Positions 27,981 through 37,663 of a stretch of DNA of 64,000 bases are shown in pieces. The notes under the pieces are model-generated. The model was not told where the DNA came from and ran no database searches. It saw nothing but the letters and a program-made list of their open reading frames with translations. Every line of letters starts with the position of its first letter. Within the stretch, counting starts at the first letter, position 1. This DNA is from an uncultured bacterium (GTDB lineage Bacteria > Desulfobacterota > BSN033 > UBA1163): positions 5,187 to 69,186 of the forward strand of contig CALIBK010000105.1 in the NCBI GenBank assembly GCA_938045955.1, written 5' to 3'. The translations under genes and the position numbers were made by a program.

Positions 27981-28829
27981 TCAGTATTGATAGAAGCCTC
28001 TACCTGTCTTACGCCCGAGGTAGCCTGCATCGACATACTTTTTTAGAAGAGGGCAGGGGCGATATTTAGGGTCTCCAAAACCTTTATAAAGGACTTCCAT
28101 AATTGCTAAACAGGTATCCAGACCAATCAAATCAGCAAGGGCAAGCGGTCCCATGGGATGATTCATTCCGAGTTTCATTACCGTATCAATCGCCTCGGGT
28201 GTGCCCACCCCTTCAAAAAGGGCATAGATGGCTTCGTTAATCATTGGCATCAGAATCCTATTAGATATGAAACCGGGAAAGTCATTCGCCTCAACAGGGG
28301 TCTTTCCCAATCTCTCAGCAAGAGATTTTACGAGATCGAAGGTTTCCTGGGAGGTTTGAAGCCCCCGGATGATTTCCACGAGTTGCATCACAGGAACCGG
28401 ATTCATAAAATGCATCCCGATGACCTGAGAGGGTCTTCCGGTGACGGAGGCAATTCTGGTAATCGAGATAGAGGAGGTATTGGTCGAAAGGATGACCTCT
28501 TTACGGCAGATTTGATCCAGCTCTTTAAAGAGATTTAATTTAAGAGACTCGTTTTCAGTGGCTGCCTCCACAACAAAATCTACCTCGGCCATCTCTTTGA
28601 TTTGAATCGTTCCTTTGATTCTACCGACGATTTCACCCTTTTTTTCGGATGTGATTTTTCCCTTCTCTACCAAACGATCCAGATTTTTTGAGATACTGGA
28701 GAGTCCTTTTTGGATGAAGGCATCCGCAATGTCATTCATGATCACTTGAAAACCAGATTGGGAGGCAACCTGAGCGATACCACTTCCCATCTGTCCTGCA
28801 CCCACTACCCCGATGGTCTTGATTTCCAT
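27981..28829 (-). CDS. 3-hydroxyacyl-CoA (3-hydroxybutyryl-CoA) dehydrogenase
   Basis: NAD motif [16 protein letters not shown] at N-terminus, C-terminal dimerisation domain; ATG at 28829 (track begins at an adjacent TTG); RBS GGAGGG. Confidence 0.85.
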   Translation of the reverse strand: MEIKTIGVVGAGQMGSGIAQVASQSGFQVIMNDIADAFIQKGLSSISKNLDRLVEKGKITSEKKGEIVGRIKGTIQIKEMAEVDFVVEAATENESLKLNLFKELDQICRKEVILSTNTSSISITRIASVTGRPSQVIGMHFMNPVPVMQLVEIIRGLQTSQETFDLVKSLAERLGKTPVEANDFPGFISNRILMPMINEAIYALFEGVGTPEAIDTVMKLGMNHPMGPLALADLIGLDTCLAIMEVLYKGFGDPKYRPCPLLKKYVDAGYLGRKTGRGFYQY

Positions 28830-28865
28830 CAAACCCTCCGTGAAAAGATTATTGCAAAGTTAACA

Positions 28866-30044
28866 TCATATTTGCTCAACGATGAGGCTGACTGCTTCTG
28901 CTCCGCCCAAACAGAGGGAAGCCAGTCCTCTGCGTGCTCCTCTTTCCTTCATTGCATAAAGTAGAGTAGTAAGGATTCTTGCCCCACTCGCTCCAATGGG
29001 ATGTCCCAGGGCGACCGCTCCCCCACGGACGTTTACTTTTTCTTTGTCGATTCCAAGGGTTTTAATGATCGCCACGGTAGTTGCGGAAAAGGCCTCATTG
29101 ATTTCGAAGAGGTCTATGTCGTTAAGATTTAATCCTGCCTTTTTCAGGACTTTTGGAATAGAATAGATTGGAGCGATCAATACATCCTCAAGTTCCACGC
29201 CAGCCGAAGCCTGGGCCACCACTCTTGCCATGGGTTTTAATCCCAGGGCAAATGCCTTCTCCTTTGACATTACGACCAGAGCACTTGCACCATCACTGAT
29301 CTTTGAGGAATTGCCTGCTGTGACCACCCCTCCTTCTTTAAAAACAGGTTTGAGCTTTGCCAGGGCCTGAAGATCTGGATCCCGGGGCCCTTCATCGGTG
29401 TCAAAAAGTATCTGTTCCCCCTTTTTTGAAGGAATGGGGATCGGGAGGATCTCCTCTCTAAATCTTCCTTCTCGAATGGCTTTCATGGCTTTAAGATTCG
29501 ATTCGAAAGCGAATTGGTCCTGTTCTTCACGGGTAATATTAAATTTTTCAGACTGGATTTCGGCGGTATACCCCATATGGTAATCATTCACAATATCCCA
29601 GAGTCCATCATGAACCATTCCATCAACCAATTTCCCATCCCAGAGTCGATAACCCGTTCTCGCATTCTCAAGGTAGTACGGAGCTCGACTCATGCTTTCC
29701 ATTCCACCCGCCACAATCGCCTCTGCGTCCCCTGCGATAATCACCTGGGCAGCCAGCATCACAGCTTTGAGCCCGGAGCCGCAGACCTTATTGATCGTCA
29801 ATGCCCCTGCCTCCATGGGGAGTTTAGCTTTAATCATTGCCTGGCGCGCGGGGTTCTGACCCAACCCAAAAGGAAGAACATTCCCCATAATCACTTCATC
29901 CACCTCTTCCTTTTTGAGATGGGAACGTTTGACAGCCTCTTCAATGACCATCCCACCAAGTTCGGTGGCAGTAAAGGAACTCAGGGAACCTAAAAAATTA
30001 CCGATGGGGGTTCGAACGGCGCTTGTGATGACCACCTCTCGCAT
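28866..30044 (-). CDS. acetyl-CoA C-acetyltransferase (thiolase II)
   Basis: 392 aa; MREVVITSAVRTPIG, active-site Cys region NKVCGSGLKAV, C-terminal GGAVALGHPIGASGAR and CLGGAEAV motifs. Confidence 0.9.
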   Translation of the reverse strand: MREVVITSAVRTPIGNFLGSLSSFTATELGGMVIEEAVKRSHLKKEEVDEVIMGNVLPFGLGQNPARQAMIKAKLPMEAGALTINKVCGSGLKAVMLAAQVIIAGDAEAIVAGGMESMSRAPYYLENARTGYRLWDGKLVDGMVHDGLWDIVNDYHMGYTAEIQSEKFNITREEQDQFAFESNLKAMKAIREGRFREEILPIPIPSKKGEQILFDTDEGPRDPDLQALAKLKPVFKEGGVVTAGNSSKISDGASALVVMSKEKAFALGLKPMARVVAQASAGVELEDVLIAPIYSIPKVLKKAGLNLNDIDLFEINEAFSATTVAIIKTLGIDKEKVNVRGGAVALGHPIGASGARILTTLLYAMKERGARRGLASLCLGGAEAVSLIVEQI

Positions 30045-30471
30045 CCTTTTTTTCTCCTTCCTGAGAGTCCATTTCCATATTTAATTTTTGCTGGATCTTT
30101 TCTTGATAGGATAGGATCTCTTTTTTTAATTTGGTAAGAGTATGGATCCGTTCGTCAATTTTTTGAGCATGATGATCGAGTAATTCAAGAAGTCTGGGGA
30201 GCACCTTTCGATTGGTGCGGTGAATTTGATAGATGGCTTCGAGTTCATGCATTTCAGAAAGGGAAAGCCCAAGGTGTTTAAGTCGTTGAATAAATCTAAG
30301 GCGCTGGAGATCCTTGTCCGTGTAAACTCGTTTTCCCCCTTCGATCCGCTTCACAGAATTCAGCAATCCAATCTCTTCATAGTAGCGAATCGTTCGAGGG
30401 CTGATGTTTAAAAGATTAGCAAGCTCCCCAATCTGATAGTATTTTAATCCCTCGATTTCCATTTCACCCAT
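29998..30471 (-). CDS. MerR family transcriptional regulator
   Basis: HTH YQIGELANLLNISPRTIRYYEEIGLL plus coiled-coil region; 3' end overlaps thiolase start by about 47 nt. Start may instead be the MEIEG ATG at 30462. Confidence 0.7.
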   Translation of the reverse strand: MGEMEIEGLKYYQIGELANLLNISPRTIRYYEEIGLLNSVKRIEGGKRVYTDKDLQRLRFIQRLKHLGLSLSEMHELEAIYQIHRTNRKVLPRLLELLDHHAQKIDERIHTLTKLKKEILSYQEKIQQKLNMEMDSQEGEKKDARGGHHKRRSNPHR

Positions 30472-31149
30472 TTATACCGAAGGCCATCTGCCAATGGAGA
30501 GAACGTCGTAGCCTGCCTTTTCTAATTCTTTGACGACCTCTTGAACGTCTTCGGTCTGAAGACGCATGGCTGCGATTCGCTTTCCTTCCACCATAAATGA
30601 AGGGGTCACGACACTGATGAGGTTGATATTATGTTTTTTCAGGATTTCGAGAGCCCCCGCGAGAGAACCAGGCTTATCCTCGAGAGTAATGGTTATACGC
30701 GTCCCTTTCTGGTTTAGACCAAAAATATCAACCAGATGATCGAGGGCATCGGTTTCTGTAAATATTCCATAAAGCTTATCCCCTTCGACCACAGGAAGAC
30801 AACCAATCTTATGATCCCGCATCAACTTAACGGCCTCTTCAATCAGGGTATCCGGAGTGATCGTAATGAGTTTCTCCTTCGGAGTCATAAAGGCTGAGAC
30901 TTTCAATTTTCCTAAAAGATAATTTAATTCCTGGACACTGAGCAGGGTTGCATCCGAAGGGGCGGCTTCCCGGATATCCCGATCAGTCACAATCCCAAGT
31001 AATCGATTCTCTTTGTCCACAACGGGTAAGTGACGAATTCCCTTTTCATGGATGAGATTTCGAGCCTCAAAGAAGTTTGCATCTGGCCCGATGGTGATCG
31101 GATTTTTACGAATCTTTTCCCTCATGAACCCTTTGTAATGAATTTTCAT
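30472..31149 (-). CDS. CBS-pair + ACT domain protein (AcuB-like regulatory protein)
   Basis: 225 aa; two CBS motifs (HLPVVDKENRLLGIVTDRDI; CLPVVEGDKLYGIFTETD) and C-terminal ACT-like segment; RBS GAGGAGG. Confidence 0.7.
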   Translation of the reverse strand: MKIHYKGFMREKIRKNPITIGPDANFFEARNLIHEKGIRHLPVVDKENRLLGIVTDRDIREAAPSDATLLSVQELNYLLGKLKVSAFMTPKEKLITITPDTLIEEAVKLMRDHKIGCLPVVEGDKLYGIFTETDALDHLVDIFGLNQKGTRITITLEDKPGSLAGALEILKKHNINLISVVTPSFMVEGKRIAAMRLQTEDVQEVVKELEKAGYDVLSIGRWPSV

Positions 31150-31208
31150 CGTCTCTCCTCCTCTCTTTCTTTTTCAATTAGAAGATATTCTTCCCATCCC
31201 TCCTTTGT

Positions 31209-32504
31209 CTATTCCCAGGTTCTCTGATCATCGATTATTTTAGCTCCCTCAGGAATCGTCCCCCTGGGCAGGAATTGAACTTCCCCTCTCAACTTCATCA
31301 CCTCTCGAATCGATTTTTCGATCTCTTCCTTTAACCTCTCAGATGGGGGTACTTCTTCTTTAAGCTCAATGCGAAGAATCATTTCATCCTTATTTTCCTT
31401 TCTTGTGACGATCATCTGGCATCGTTCAATCTGAGGATGTTTGGAGGCTACCTCGCTGACCTGACCGGGGTGGATAAAGAGACCCCGAACTTTTGTCACC
31501 TGATCCACCCTCCCTAAAATTTTTATGAGTCGAGGCGAGGTTCTTCCACATGGACAGGGTGTTTCGGTCAGAACCGAAAGATCTCCTGTACCGAAACGGA
31601 TAAGGGGATAAACTTTATTAAAAGTCGTTGCTACGACCTCCCCTGTTTTTCCTGGTTCTAAGGATTGTCCGGTCTGGGGATCCACGATCTGGACAATCTT
31701 ATCATCAGGAACATGCATCCCGTTCTTTTTAAGACATTCATAGCCCAGACATCCAATATCTGCGGTTCCATAAGTCTGTCGAATCACCATTTCGAATTTC
31801 TCTTCGAGTTTCGTCCGGAGGGATTCCGGGAGCATTTCAGCAGCAACAAAGCCCACCTTAAGATTGAGATCTTTTTTCAGATCCAATCCCATCTCTTCCG
31901 CCTTCTCGGCAATTGCATGAAGAAAACTCGGAGTTCCACAAAATCCCGTCACTTTAAAAGTCTTCAGGATATTGACCTGCTGCTCCGTATTTCCCACTCC
32001 GGTGGGAATCACAATACATCCGATTCGATGAAGGGAATTATCGACCATATGGAGTGCGAAGGGAACCATATGATAGCTAAAGGTATTGATCACAATATCC
32101 CCAGGTCGAAAACCACAGGCATACATCCCCTGGGCCCATCCCAATTCTTGATATTCCATTTCTCCAGGCTCATAGATCGGTCCTGGAGAGACGTAAATTC
32201 TTCTTAATTCCGACAGAGGAACCCCTTCAAATCCCCCAAAAGGGGGATTTTTCTTCTGAAGCTCCACGAGATCAGCCTTTTTGGTAATTGGAATTCTATC
32301 TAAATCCTTGATGGTTCGGATATCTCTTGGTTTTATTCCCACGGAATCCAGTTTCTCTTTAAAAGCAGGAGAGTTTCGATATGCATACTGGACGATTCCT
32401 CTCAATTTTTGATTCAAATATTCCAGACGTTTTTTAGGAGGCATAGTTTCAAGACTTTTTTTAAGAAAACCAGAAGTGCGATCCATTAGATTTGATTTGG
32501 GCAT
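31209..32504 (-). CDS. phenylacetate-CoA ligase family (PaaK-like / coenzyme F390 synthetase-like) aryl- or acyl-CoA ligase
   Basis: 431 aa; PaaK-family N-terminal region (RLEYLNQKLRGIVQYAYRNSPAFKEKL...DLDRIPITKKADL) and adenylation core; RBS AAGGAG. Confidence 0.8.
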   Translation of the reverse strand: MPKSNLMDRTSGFLKKSLETMPPKKRLEYLNQKLRGIVQYAYRNSPAFKEKLDSVGIKPRDIRTIKDLDRIPITKKADLVELQKKNPPFGGFEGVPLSELRRIYVSPGPIYEPGEMEYQELGWAQGMYACGFRPGDIVINTFSYHMVPFALHMVDNSLHRIGCIVIPTGVGNTEQQVNILKTFKVTGFCGTPSFLHAIAEKAEEMGLDLKKDLNLKVGFVAAEMLPESLRTKLEEKFEMVIRQTYGTADIGCLGYECLKKNGMHVPDDKIVQIVDPQTGQSLEPGKTGEVVATTFNKVYPLIRFGTGDLSVLTETPCPCGRTSPRLIKILGRVDQVTKVRGLFIHPGQVSEVASKHPQIERCQMIVTRKENKDEMILRIELKEEVPPSERLKEEIEKSIREVMKLRGEVQFLPRGTIPEGAKIIDDQRTWE

Positions 32505-32591
32505 TGAAAGGCTCCTTTTATCTCCTCACCCTCTCCTCAATGATGGGAGAGGGTGAGAGAGATCAGAAAGGAAGAGAGGAAAATATTCTCG

Positions 32592-33161
32592 TTACTTCTT
32601 TGGAAATATCCCTTCGAATGGGACGAAAACGTCTCCTTTTTCGGTATTAAATACTGCCATTCCCTCAGAGACTTTAATCTTAAATGCAAAATCTCCAATT
32701 TTGGAGTACCATCCTTTGATCAACTCAGGGATATTCAAATTCCATTCATTTACTTTTGGGGCTTGTGCGACCAAAAGGGTTAAACGAATAGTGGCGGAAT
32801 CGATCACGCTCACAATACGGTACTGGCTTGTAGTATTGGGTGGGAAAAAGATTTGATCGTAGTTGGTAGGAGTGGCAATTTCAATATACTTTTCTGGTGC
32901 CGCTTCGAAAGAGACAGTGAATTTAATATTATCTAATTTAATATTATATCCACTCGGATTTTGAATATTAAAAACGAATCCAAGGGCAAGAGGGGTTCGA
33001 GCGGGTAGATCCACCCAGGGGAAATAACTCATGACTTCTATTCGATCTAAGGTCACCTTTGGTTTCCCAGCCTCCTCTGTGGGAAGGAGACCTGGTTTAC
33101 AAGAGGTCAATCCCCAGATTGTTAAGGATATTATCATCATGAATATAAATAGTTTACGCAT
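32592..33161 (-). CDS. hypothetical lipoprotein
   Basis: Start set at MRKLFIF (ATG 33161) with AAAGGAGG RBS; lipobox LTSC after hydrophobic signal; no clear family. Confidence 0.5.
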   Translation of the reverse strand: MRKLFIFMMIISLTIWGLTSCKPGLLPTEEAGKPKVTLDRIEVMSYFPWVDLPARTPLALGFVFNIQNPSGYNIKLDNIKFTVSFEAAPEKYIEIATPTNYDQIFFPPNTTSQYRIVSVIDSATIRLTLLVAQAPKVNEWNLNIPELIKGWYSKIGDFAFKIKVSEGMAVFNTEKGDVFVPFEGIFPKK

Positions 33162-33281
33162 AGCAAACCTCCTTTCAATGGTTACTTGACTATCTGCAAT
33201 GGTCGAAACCAATATTTCATGTCCAATGAAGAATCAAAAAATGAATTAGTCATTGATCACAAATTTTTAAAATGGATTCGT

Positions 33282-34097
33282 TTATGTGAGCCATCTCTTC
33301 CGACGTTTATAATGTTTGACCTGTCGAAAACTCTTTCTTTCACCGAGGTCTGAGAGACCCAGATAGAAATCCCGAATATCTGGATTCTCTTTCAACTTCT
33401 CTGAGGTATCATGCATCACAAGTCTTCCATTTTCGAGCACATAGGCATAAGGAGCTACGGTAAGGGCCAATTTCACATTTTGTTCGACTAAAAGGAGGGG
33501 AATTTTCTCTTCTTTATTCAGCTTCGTGATAATCTCAAAAATCTCTTTGATGAGAAGAGGGGCCAATCCCATCGAAGGCTCATCGAGGAGCATAAGTTTA
33601 GGCTGTGCCATCAGGGCTCGCCCGATCACTGTCATCTGTTGTTCTCCACCGCTGATAAAACCAGCCATCACGTTTTTCCGCTCAATCAATCTCGGGAAAT
33701 AATGATAAACCATCTCAAGTCTTTCTTTTATGGCTGAGCCATTTCCCCTTAGATGTGCCCCGACTCGAAGGTTCTCCTCGACGGTGAGATGTTCAAAGAC
33801 CCTTCTTCCTTCAATGATTTGGATAATCCCCCTTTTGGCAATCTCCTCGGCAGAGAGATGATGGATCTGTTCTCCCATAAATTCGATAGACCCATCGGTG
33901 ACCTCCCCATCCTCATGCTTCAAAAGGCCAGAGATGGACTTCAGGGTCGTTGATTTTCCTGCCCCATTGGCGCCCAGGAGGGCGACAATCCCCCCTTTGG
34001 GTATATCGATAGAGACGCCCTTGAGGACCAGGATGACCTCATGATACATGACCTCGATGTTATTGAGCTTAAGAATAATCTCTGATGATTGTTCCAA
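33282..34097 (-). CDS. branched-chain-amino-acid-type ABC transporter ATP-binding protein (LivF-like)
   Basis: Walker A GANGAGKST, ABC signature SGGEQQM, Walker B LLLDEP; begins at a TTG (34097) preceded by AGGAGG; no in-frame ATG upstream of the conserved N-terminus. Confidence 0.8.
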   Translation of the reverse strand: MEQSSEIILKLNNIEVMYHEVILVLKGVSIDIPKGGIVALLGANGAGKSTTLKSISGLLKHEDGEVTDGSIEFMGEQIHHLSAEEIAKRGIIQIIEGRRVFEHLTVEENLRVGAHLRGNGSAIKERLEMVYHYFPRLIERKNVMAGFISGGEQQMTVIGRALMAQPKLMLLDEPSMGLAPLLIKEIFEIITKLNKEEKIPLLLVEQNVKLALTVAPYAYVLENGRLVMHDTSEKLKENPDIRDFYLGLSDLGERKSFRQVKHYKRRKRWLT

Positions 34098-34110
34098 GGT
34101 TCATCCTCCT

Positions 34111-35367
34111 TTACCATCCGAGCCAGGAATCCCATTTGTCCGGGAATTTTGCCTTCATGTCAATTTCACCCACAGTTTGGGGTTTTCCTTTAATGACTCT
34201 CCCAACCCTCACGACAGAACTATATCGATGGTCAGTGGGGGTAATGGTCACCAGTTGCCCTCCGAACTTTTTAAGACCATCCCAATTTCGGAAGGATTCA
34301 AAGGCGTCTTTGATCCCTGGTCCATTTAATTTCCCGGCCTTATCGGCAATTTTCATCGCCTCTACAGCTAAAGTCACCTTCACCCAACCTTGGACGGTTC
34401 TTATCAATCTGTTCTCGAGTGGAACACCAGGATTCAGTTTTTTACAATATTCGATTACTGTTTTCTTTGCTGGATATTCATCAATGAAAAGAGCACAGGC
34501 GAGCAAACCCATAGCCCCTTCAGCCGCAGGTCCCGCCAGTTTAGGAAGGTTCTCATCAAATCCCCAGTTATTGATGATGTGATCCGCCCCAAGACCTAAT
34601 GCATAAGCATCTTTTAAAGCAGCGGAGACTGACATTGTCGTATTTCCATGCCACACCAGATTGGCTCCAAATGCTTTAGCTGCAATCACCTGACTTTTTG
34701 TATCCAAAGCGGTTAAAGCGACATGCTGATCAGGTCCAATTTCAAAACCCAAAATAGTTGCCTGATCTTTAATCGCTTTGATTGGAGCGGTAGCATAAGG
34801 AGAAGCCGTATCCATAAAACATACGAATTTGGGCTTCACCCCTTTTTCTCTCAATTCCTTCCATTTTGGGTCTTTCTTCCAAACTTCCTCATACCAGTAT
34901 GTAATTGCTCCGCGAGCATTCGTTGAGTAATCGGTTCCATAAACAAAGTTGTAAGGAGTCTTTTTGGGGTCACAAAGATGACCGGAAAAGGAGCTCGAGA
35001 GGTAAGGCATTTTATCAGCGTTAATCGTCGGAGAGAGAGCTTCTGTATCACCGGTACCCCATCCCAAGACCATCACGACTTTGTCGTAGTCTCTAAATCT
35101 TTTGTAGGTGGTGATAGCCTCAGGAACTCGATATCCATAGTCGTATTGGAAGAGACGAATCTTTTTACCATTGATCCCTCCCATATCATTATAATACTGG
35201 ACTGCTTCTCGAACTCCTAAGGCTTCATCCTTTCCAACATCCGATGTGGCGCCGGTTGTATCCTGAAGTGCGCCGAGTCTTACTTCTTGTGCAAAACTGA
35301 GCATTCCAAAAGGACCCAAGATCATCAATGTTACAATGACTATTAGATTGATTCTTTTTTTCATCAT
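34111..35367 (-). CDS. ABC transporter periplasmic substrate-binding protein (LivK/Leu-Ile-Val-binding family fold)
   Basis: 418 aa with signal peptide MMKKRINLIVIVTLMILGPFGMLSFA; type-I periplasmic binding fold; RBS AGGAGGTG. Confidence 0.8.
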   Translation of the reverse strand: MMKKRINLIVIVTLMILGPFGMLSFAQEVRLGALQDTTGATSDVGKDEALGVREAVQYYNDMGGINGKKIRLFQYDYGYRVPEAITTYKRFRDYDKVVMVLGWGTGDTEALSPTINADKMPYLSSSFSGHLCDPKKTPYNFVYGTDYSTNARGAITYWYEEVWKKDPKWKELREKGVKPKFVCFMDTASPYATAPIKAIKDQATILGFEIGPDQHVALTALDTKSQVIAAKAFGANLVWHGNTTMSVSAALKDAYALGLGADHIINNWGFDENLPKLAGPAAEGAMGLLACALFIDEYPAKKTVIEYCKKLNPGVPLENRLIRTVQGWVKVTLAVEAMKIADKAGKLNGPGIKDAFESFRNWDGLKKFGGQLVTITPTDHRYSSVVRVGRVIKGKPQTVGEIDMKAKFPDKWDSWLGW

Positions 35368-35532
35368 TTTTTCACCTCCTATTTAATTTCCTTATAGCCT
35401 TGATCATTCTTTCACCTGCCATCCACTTGACGAGCATCACCTCCTTTTTTAGTGATGGTGATCGTAATTGTGATGGAGTTAAAAATTTTACTCTATCACC
35501 CACACCATTCACTCTCGTTACCATTCTAAATG

Positions 35533-36627
35533 TTAATAGGAAAATGGCCAGAGATTAAAGTAATTCTTTATCTGCCACCACCGATATGAAAGTCCATTCG
35601 GTTCATAAATCAAGAAAAAAGCAATGGCTAACCCGAAGGCTGCCTCTTTGACATATAGAAACTTTTCGAGCAAATGAGGTAAAAAAGGCATAAGATTTAC
35701 GAAAAAGGGACTCTGGGTTAAGAAGAAGATCAAAAATTTTAGGCCTTCTGGGATAAGGGTCATAAATAAAGAGCCAAAGATGGTTCCGTAGATACTTCCC
35801 ACCCCTCCAATGAGGATCACTCCAACTAACCAAAGTGACCATCCAAAATGGAAATGCTCGGGACTGACCGCAGCCAGGGAGGTGATCCAAAAGGCTCCTG
35901 CTATTCCTCCAAAGAATCCAGCAACAAAGAAAGCAAGAAGTTTATATAGAACAATATTCACTCCCATCGTTTCGGCAGCAATGTCATTGTCCCGAATGGC
36001 AATCCAGGCCCTACCAACCTTGGATCGAAGCAGATTCGCCATGGCCAACGTGCAAAGAACTACCAATATAACCATAAGATAATAGACATCTCTATCTGTC
36101 TTGATCACCCAGGGCCCGATTTTGATCGTTCCTGGAGGGATTGAGAATGCCACCCCTCGTCCTCCAATTTGACTTATATATTGTGTGATGAAGAATTCTA
36201 CCGTGATGAATTGGGCTGCCATCGTGGTCATAATCAAATAAAATCCTTTCACACGGGCGGATGGAAGACCAAATAGAACACACCATAGCCCACCCACCAA
36301 TCCCCCGATAATCATAGCAATCAAAAAGGGGATATGAAGCTGAAGCATCAAAAGGGTACAGGTATAGGCACCTACTGCGAGAAAGGCCGCATGTCCTAAA
36401 GTTATCTGCCCACAATATCCAATAAGAAGTTGAACTCCCATGGCTGCGAGGATGGTATAACCTACCACATTGGCTACAGAGATAAGATACATCCCTGCAA
36501 ATTGGGGAATAAGATAGAAGATGGTAATAAAAAGGAGAGTCATTTTTCCCCAGACAAATTTGGTCTGCCACCAGGCGTGATCCTGACTATAATATTGATG
36601 ATAAACACCACATGGTCGATAACCCAT
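35533..36627 (-). CDS. ABC transporter permease (LivM-like)
   Basis: 364 aa polytopic membrane protein; LivM-family hydrophobic profile; RBS AGGAGG. Confidence 0.75.
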   Translation of the reverse strand: MGYRPCGVYHQYYSQDHAWWQTKFVWGKMTLLFITIFYLIPQFAGMYLISVANVVGYTILAAMGVQLLIGYCGQITLGHAAFLAVGAYTCTLLMLQLHIPFLIAMIIGGLVGGLWCVLFGLPSARVKGFYLIMTTMAAQFITVEFFITQYISQIGGRGVAFSIPPGTIKIGPWVIKTDRDVYYLMVILVVLCTLAMANLLRSKVGRAWIAIRDNDIAAETMGVNIVLYKLLAFFVAGFFGGIAGAFWITSLAAVSPEHFHFGWSLWLVGVILIGGVGSIYGTIFGSLFMTLIPEGLKFLIFFLTQSPFFVNLMPFLPHLLEKFLYVKEAAFGLAIAFFLIYEPNGLSYRWWQIKNYFNLWPFSY

Positions 36628-36694
36628 CTATTAACCTCCTTGTTAATTCCAAAATTAACAATGGGAATTTAGCAATTTCTTTTTGTAATTTGCA

Positions 36695-37579
36695 TTATAC
36701 TCTTTCGATTCTAATCCAGCCCCAAAGTCCGTAAGGTTTGAAAAGCAAAATGATGACCATCACAAAAAATGGAAAGACGTCTTTTACACCTCCCGGCGTA
36801 TAACGACTCAAATAACCGTCTGCAAGATTTTGAATGACCCCGATAACTAACCCTCCCACGATTGCCCCGGGGACAGAATTGAGTCCCCCCAGAACCACCG
36901 CAGGAAGAACCAATAGACCGAGATAGCCAACCGAAATATTCAAACCATTAATATTTCCAAGGAGGGTACCTCCCACCCCTGCTGCCATAAAGGCAATAGC
37001 CCAGGCAAGGGCATAGACGACCTTTGCATTCACTCCTAAGGATAAAGCTGCCATTTCATCATCCGCGGTGGCCTGCATGGAGAGACCCCATTTTGTATAT
37101 TTAAAGAATGAGACAAATGCTAAGAGAAGAATAATAGAGGCGATAAAAGCCCAGAGATAGACTTGGCCAATTACAATCTTCCCAAGAAAGATAGGTTCTA
37201 TGGGAAAGACGGGTGGAGAGAAAACAACTGTATCCGTTCCCCAAATCAATTCCACCATTCCTTTAAAGAAAAATGATAGACCTACAGTGACCATTATTAC
37301 ACTTAAGACAGGTTCCCCAACCATGGGGCGAAGGAAAACGACTTCGGTGAGAATCCCTAAAGCAAATCCAATAGCCAGGGTAATCAAAAGAGCAAGAATA
37401 AAAGGAATATGCCAATGGTATAAGGTGAGACAGACATAGGCCCCGATGAGGGTGAGTTCCCCCATCGCAAGATTTAGCACTCCAGAACATTTATAAATAA
37501 GCGTCCAACCCAGTGCCACCAAAGCGTAGATACTTCCAACCAGAATCCCTGTAATTAAGAGTTGTAAAAAAAGTTCCAT
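36695..37579 (-). CDS. ABC transporter permease (LivH-like)
   Basis: 294 aa polytopic membrane protein, LivH-like; RBS AGGAGG. Confidence 0.75.
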   Translation of the reverse strand: MELFLQLLITGILVGSIYALVALGWTLIYKCSGVLNLAMGELTLIGAYVCLTLYHWHIPFILALLITLAIGFALGILTEVVFLRPMVGEPVLSVIMVTVGLSFFFKGMVELIWGTDTVVFSPPVFPIEPIFLGKIVIGQVYLWAFIASIILLLAFVSFFKYTKWGLSMQATADDEMAALSLGVNAKVVYALAWAIAFMAAGVGGTLLGNINGLNISVGYLGLLVLPAVVLGGLNSVPGAIVGGLVIGVIQNLADGYLSRYTPGGVKDVFPFFVMVIILLFKPYGLWGWIRIERV

Positions 37580-37616
37580 GAAAACCTCCTAAAAATAAGT
37601 TAAATAGCAAAATTAG

Positions 37617-37663
37617 CGATGCAAAATTAACAATTTGAAATGTTTATTTTGCATCGATTTTTT
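37617..37663 (-). promoter_or_regulatory. intercistronic perfect 11-bp palindromic hairpin between the acyl-CoA synthetase and the livH-like permease gene, flanked by T/A-rich runs (attenuator/terminator-like or RNA-stability element)
   Basis: CGATGCAAAAT (37617-37627) and ATTTTGCATCG (37646-37656) are exact reverse complements, 18-nt loop; T-run ATTTTTTATT follows on + strand and TAATTTTGCTATTT on - strand. Confidence 0.35.
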
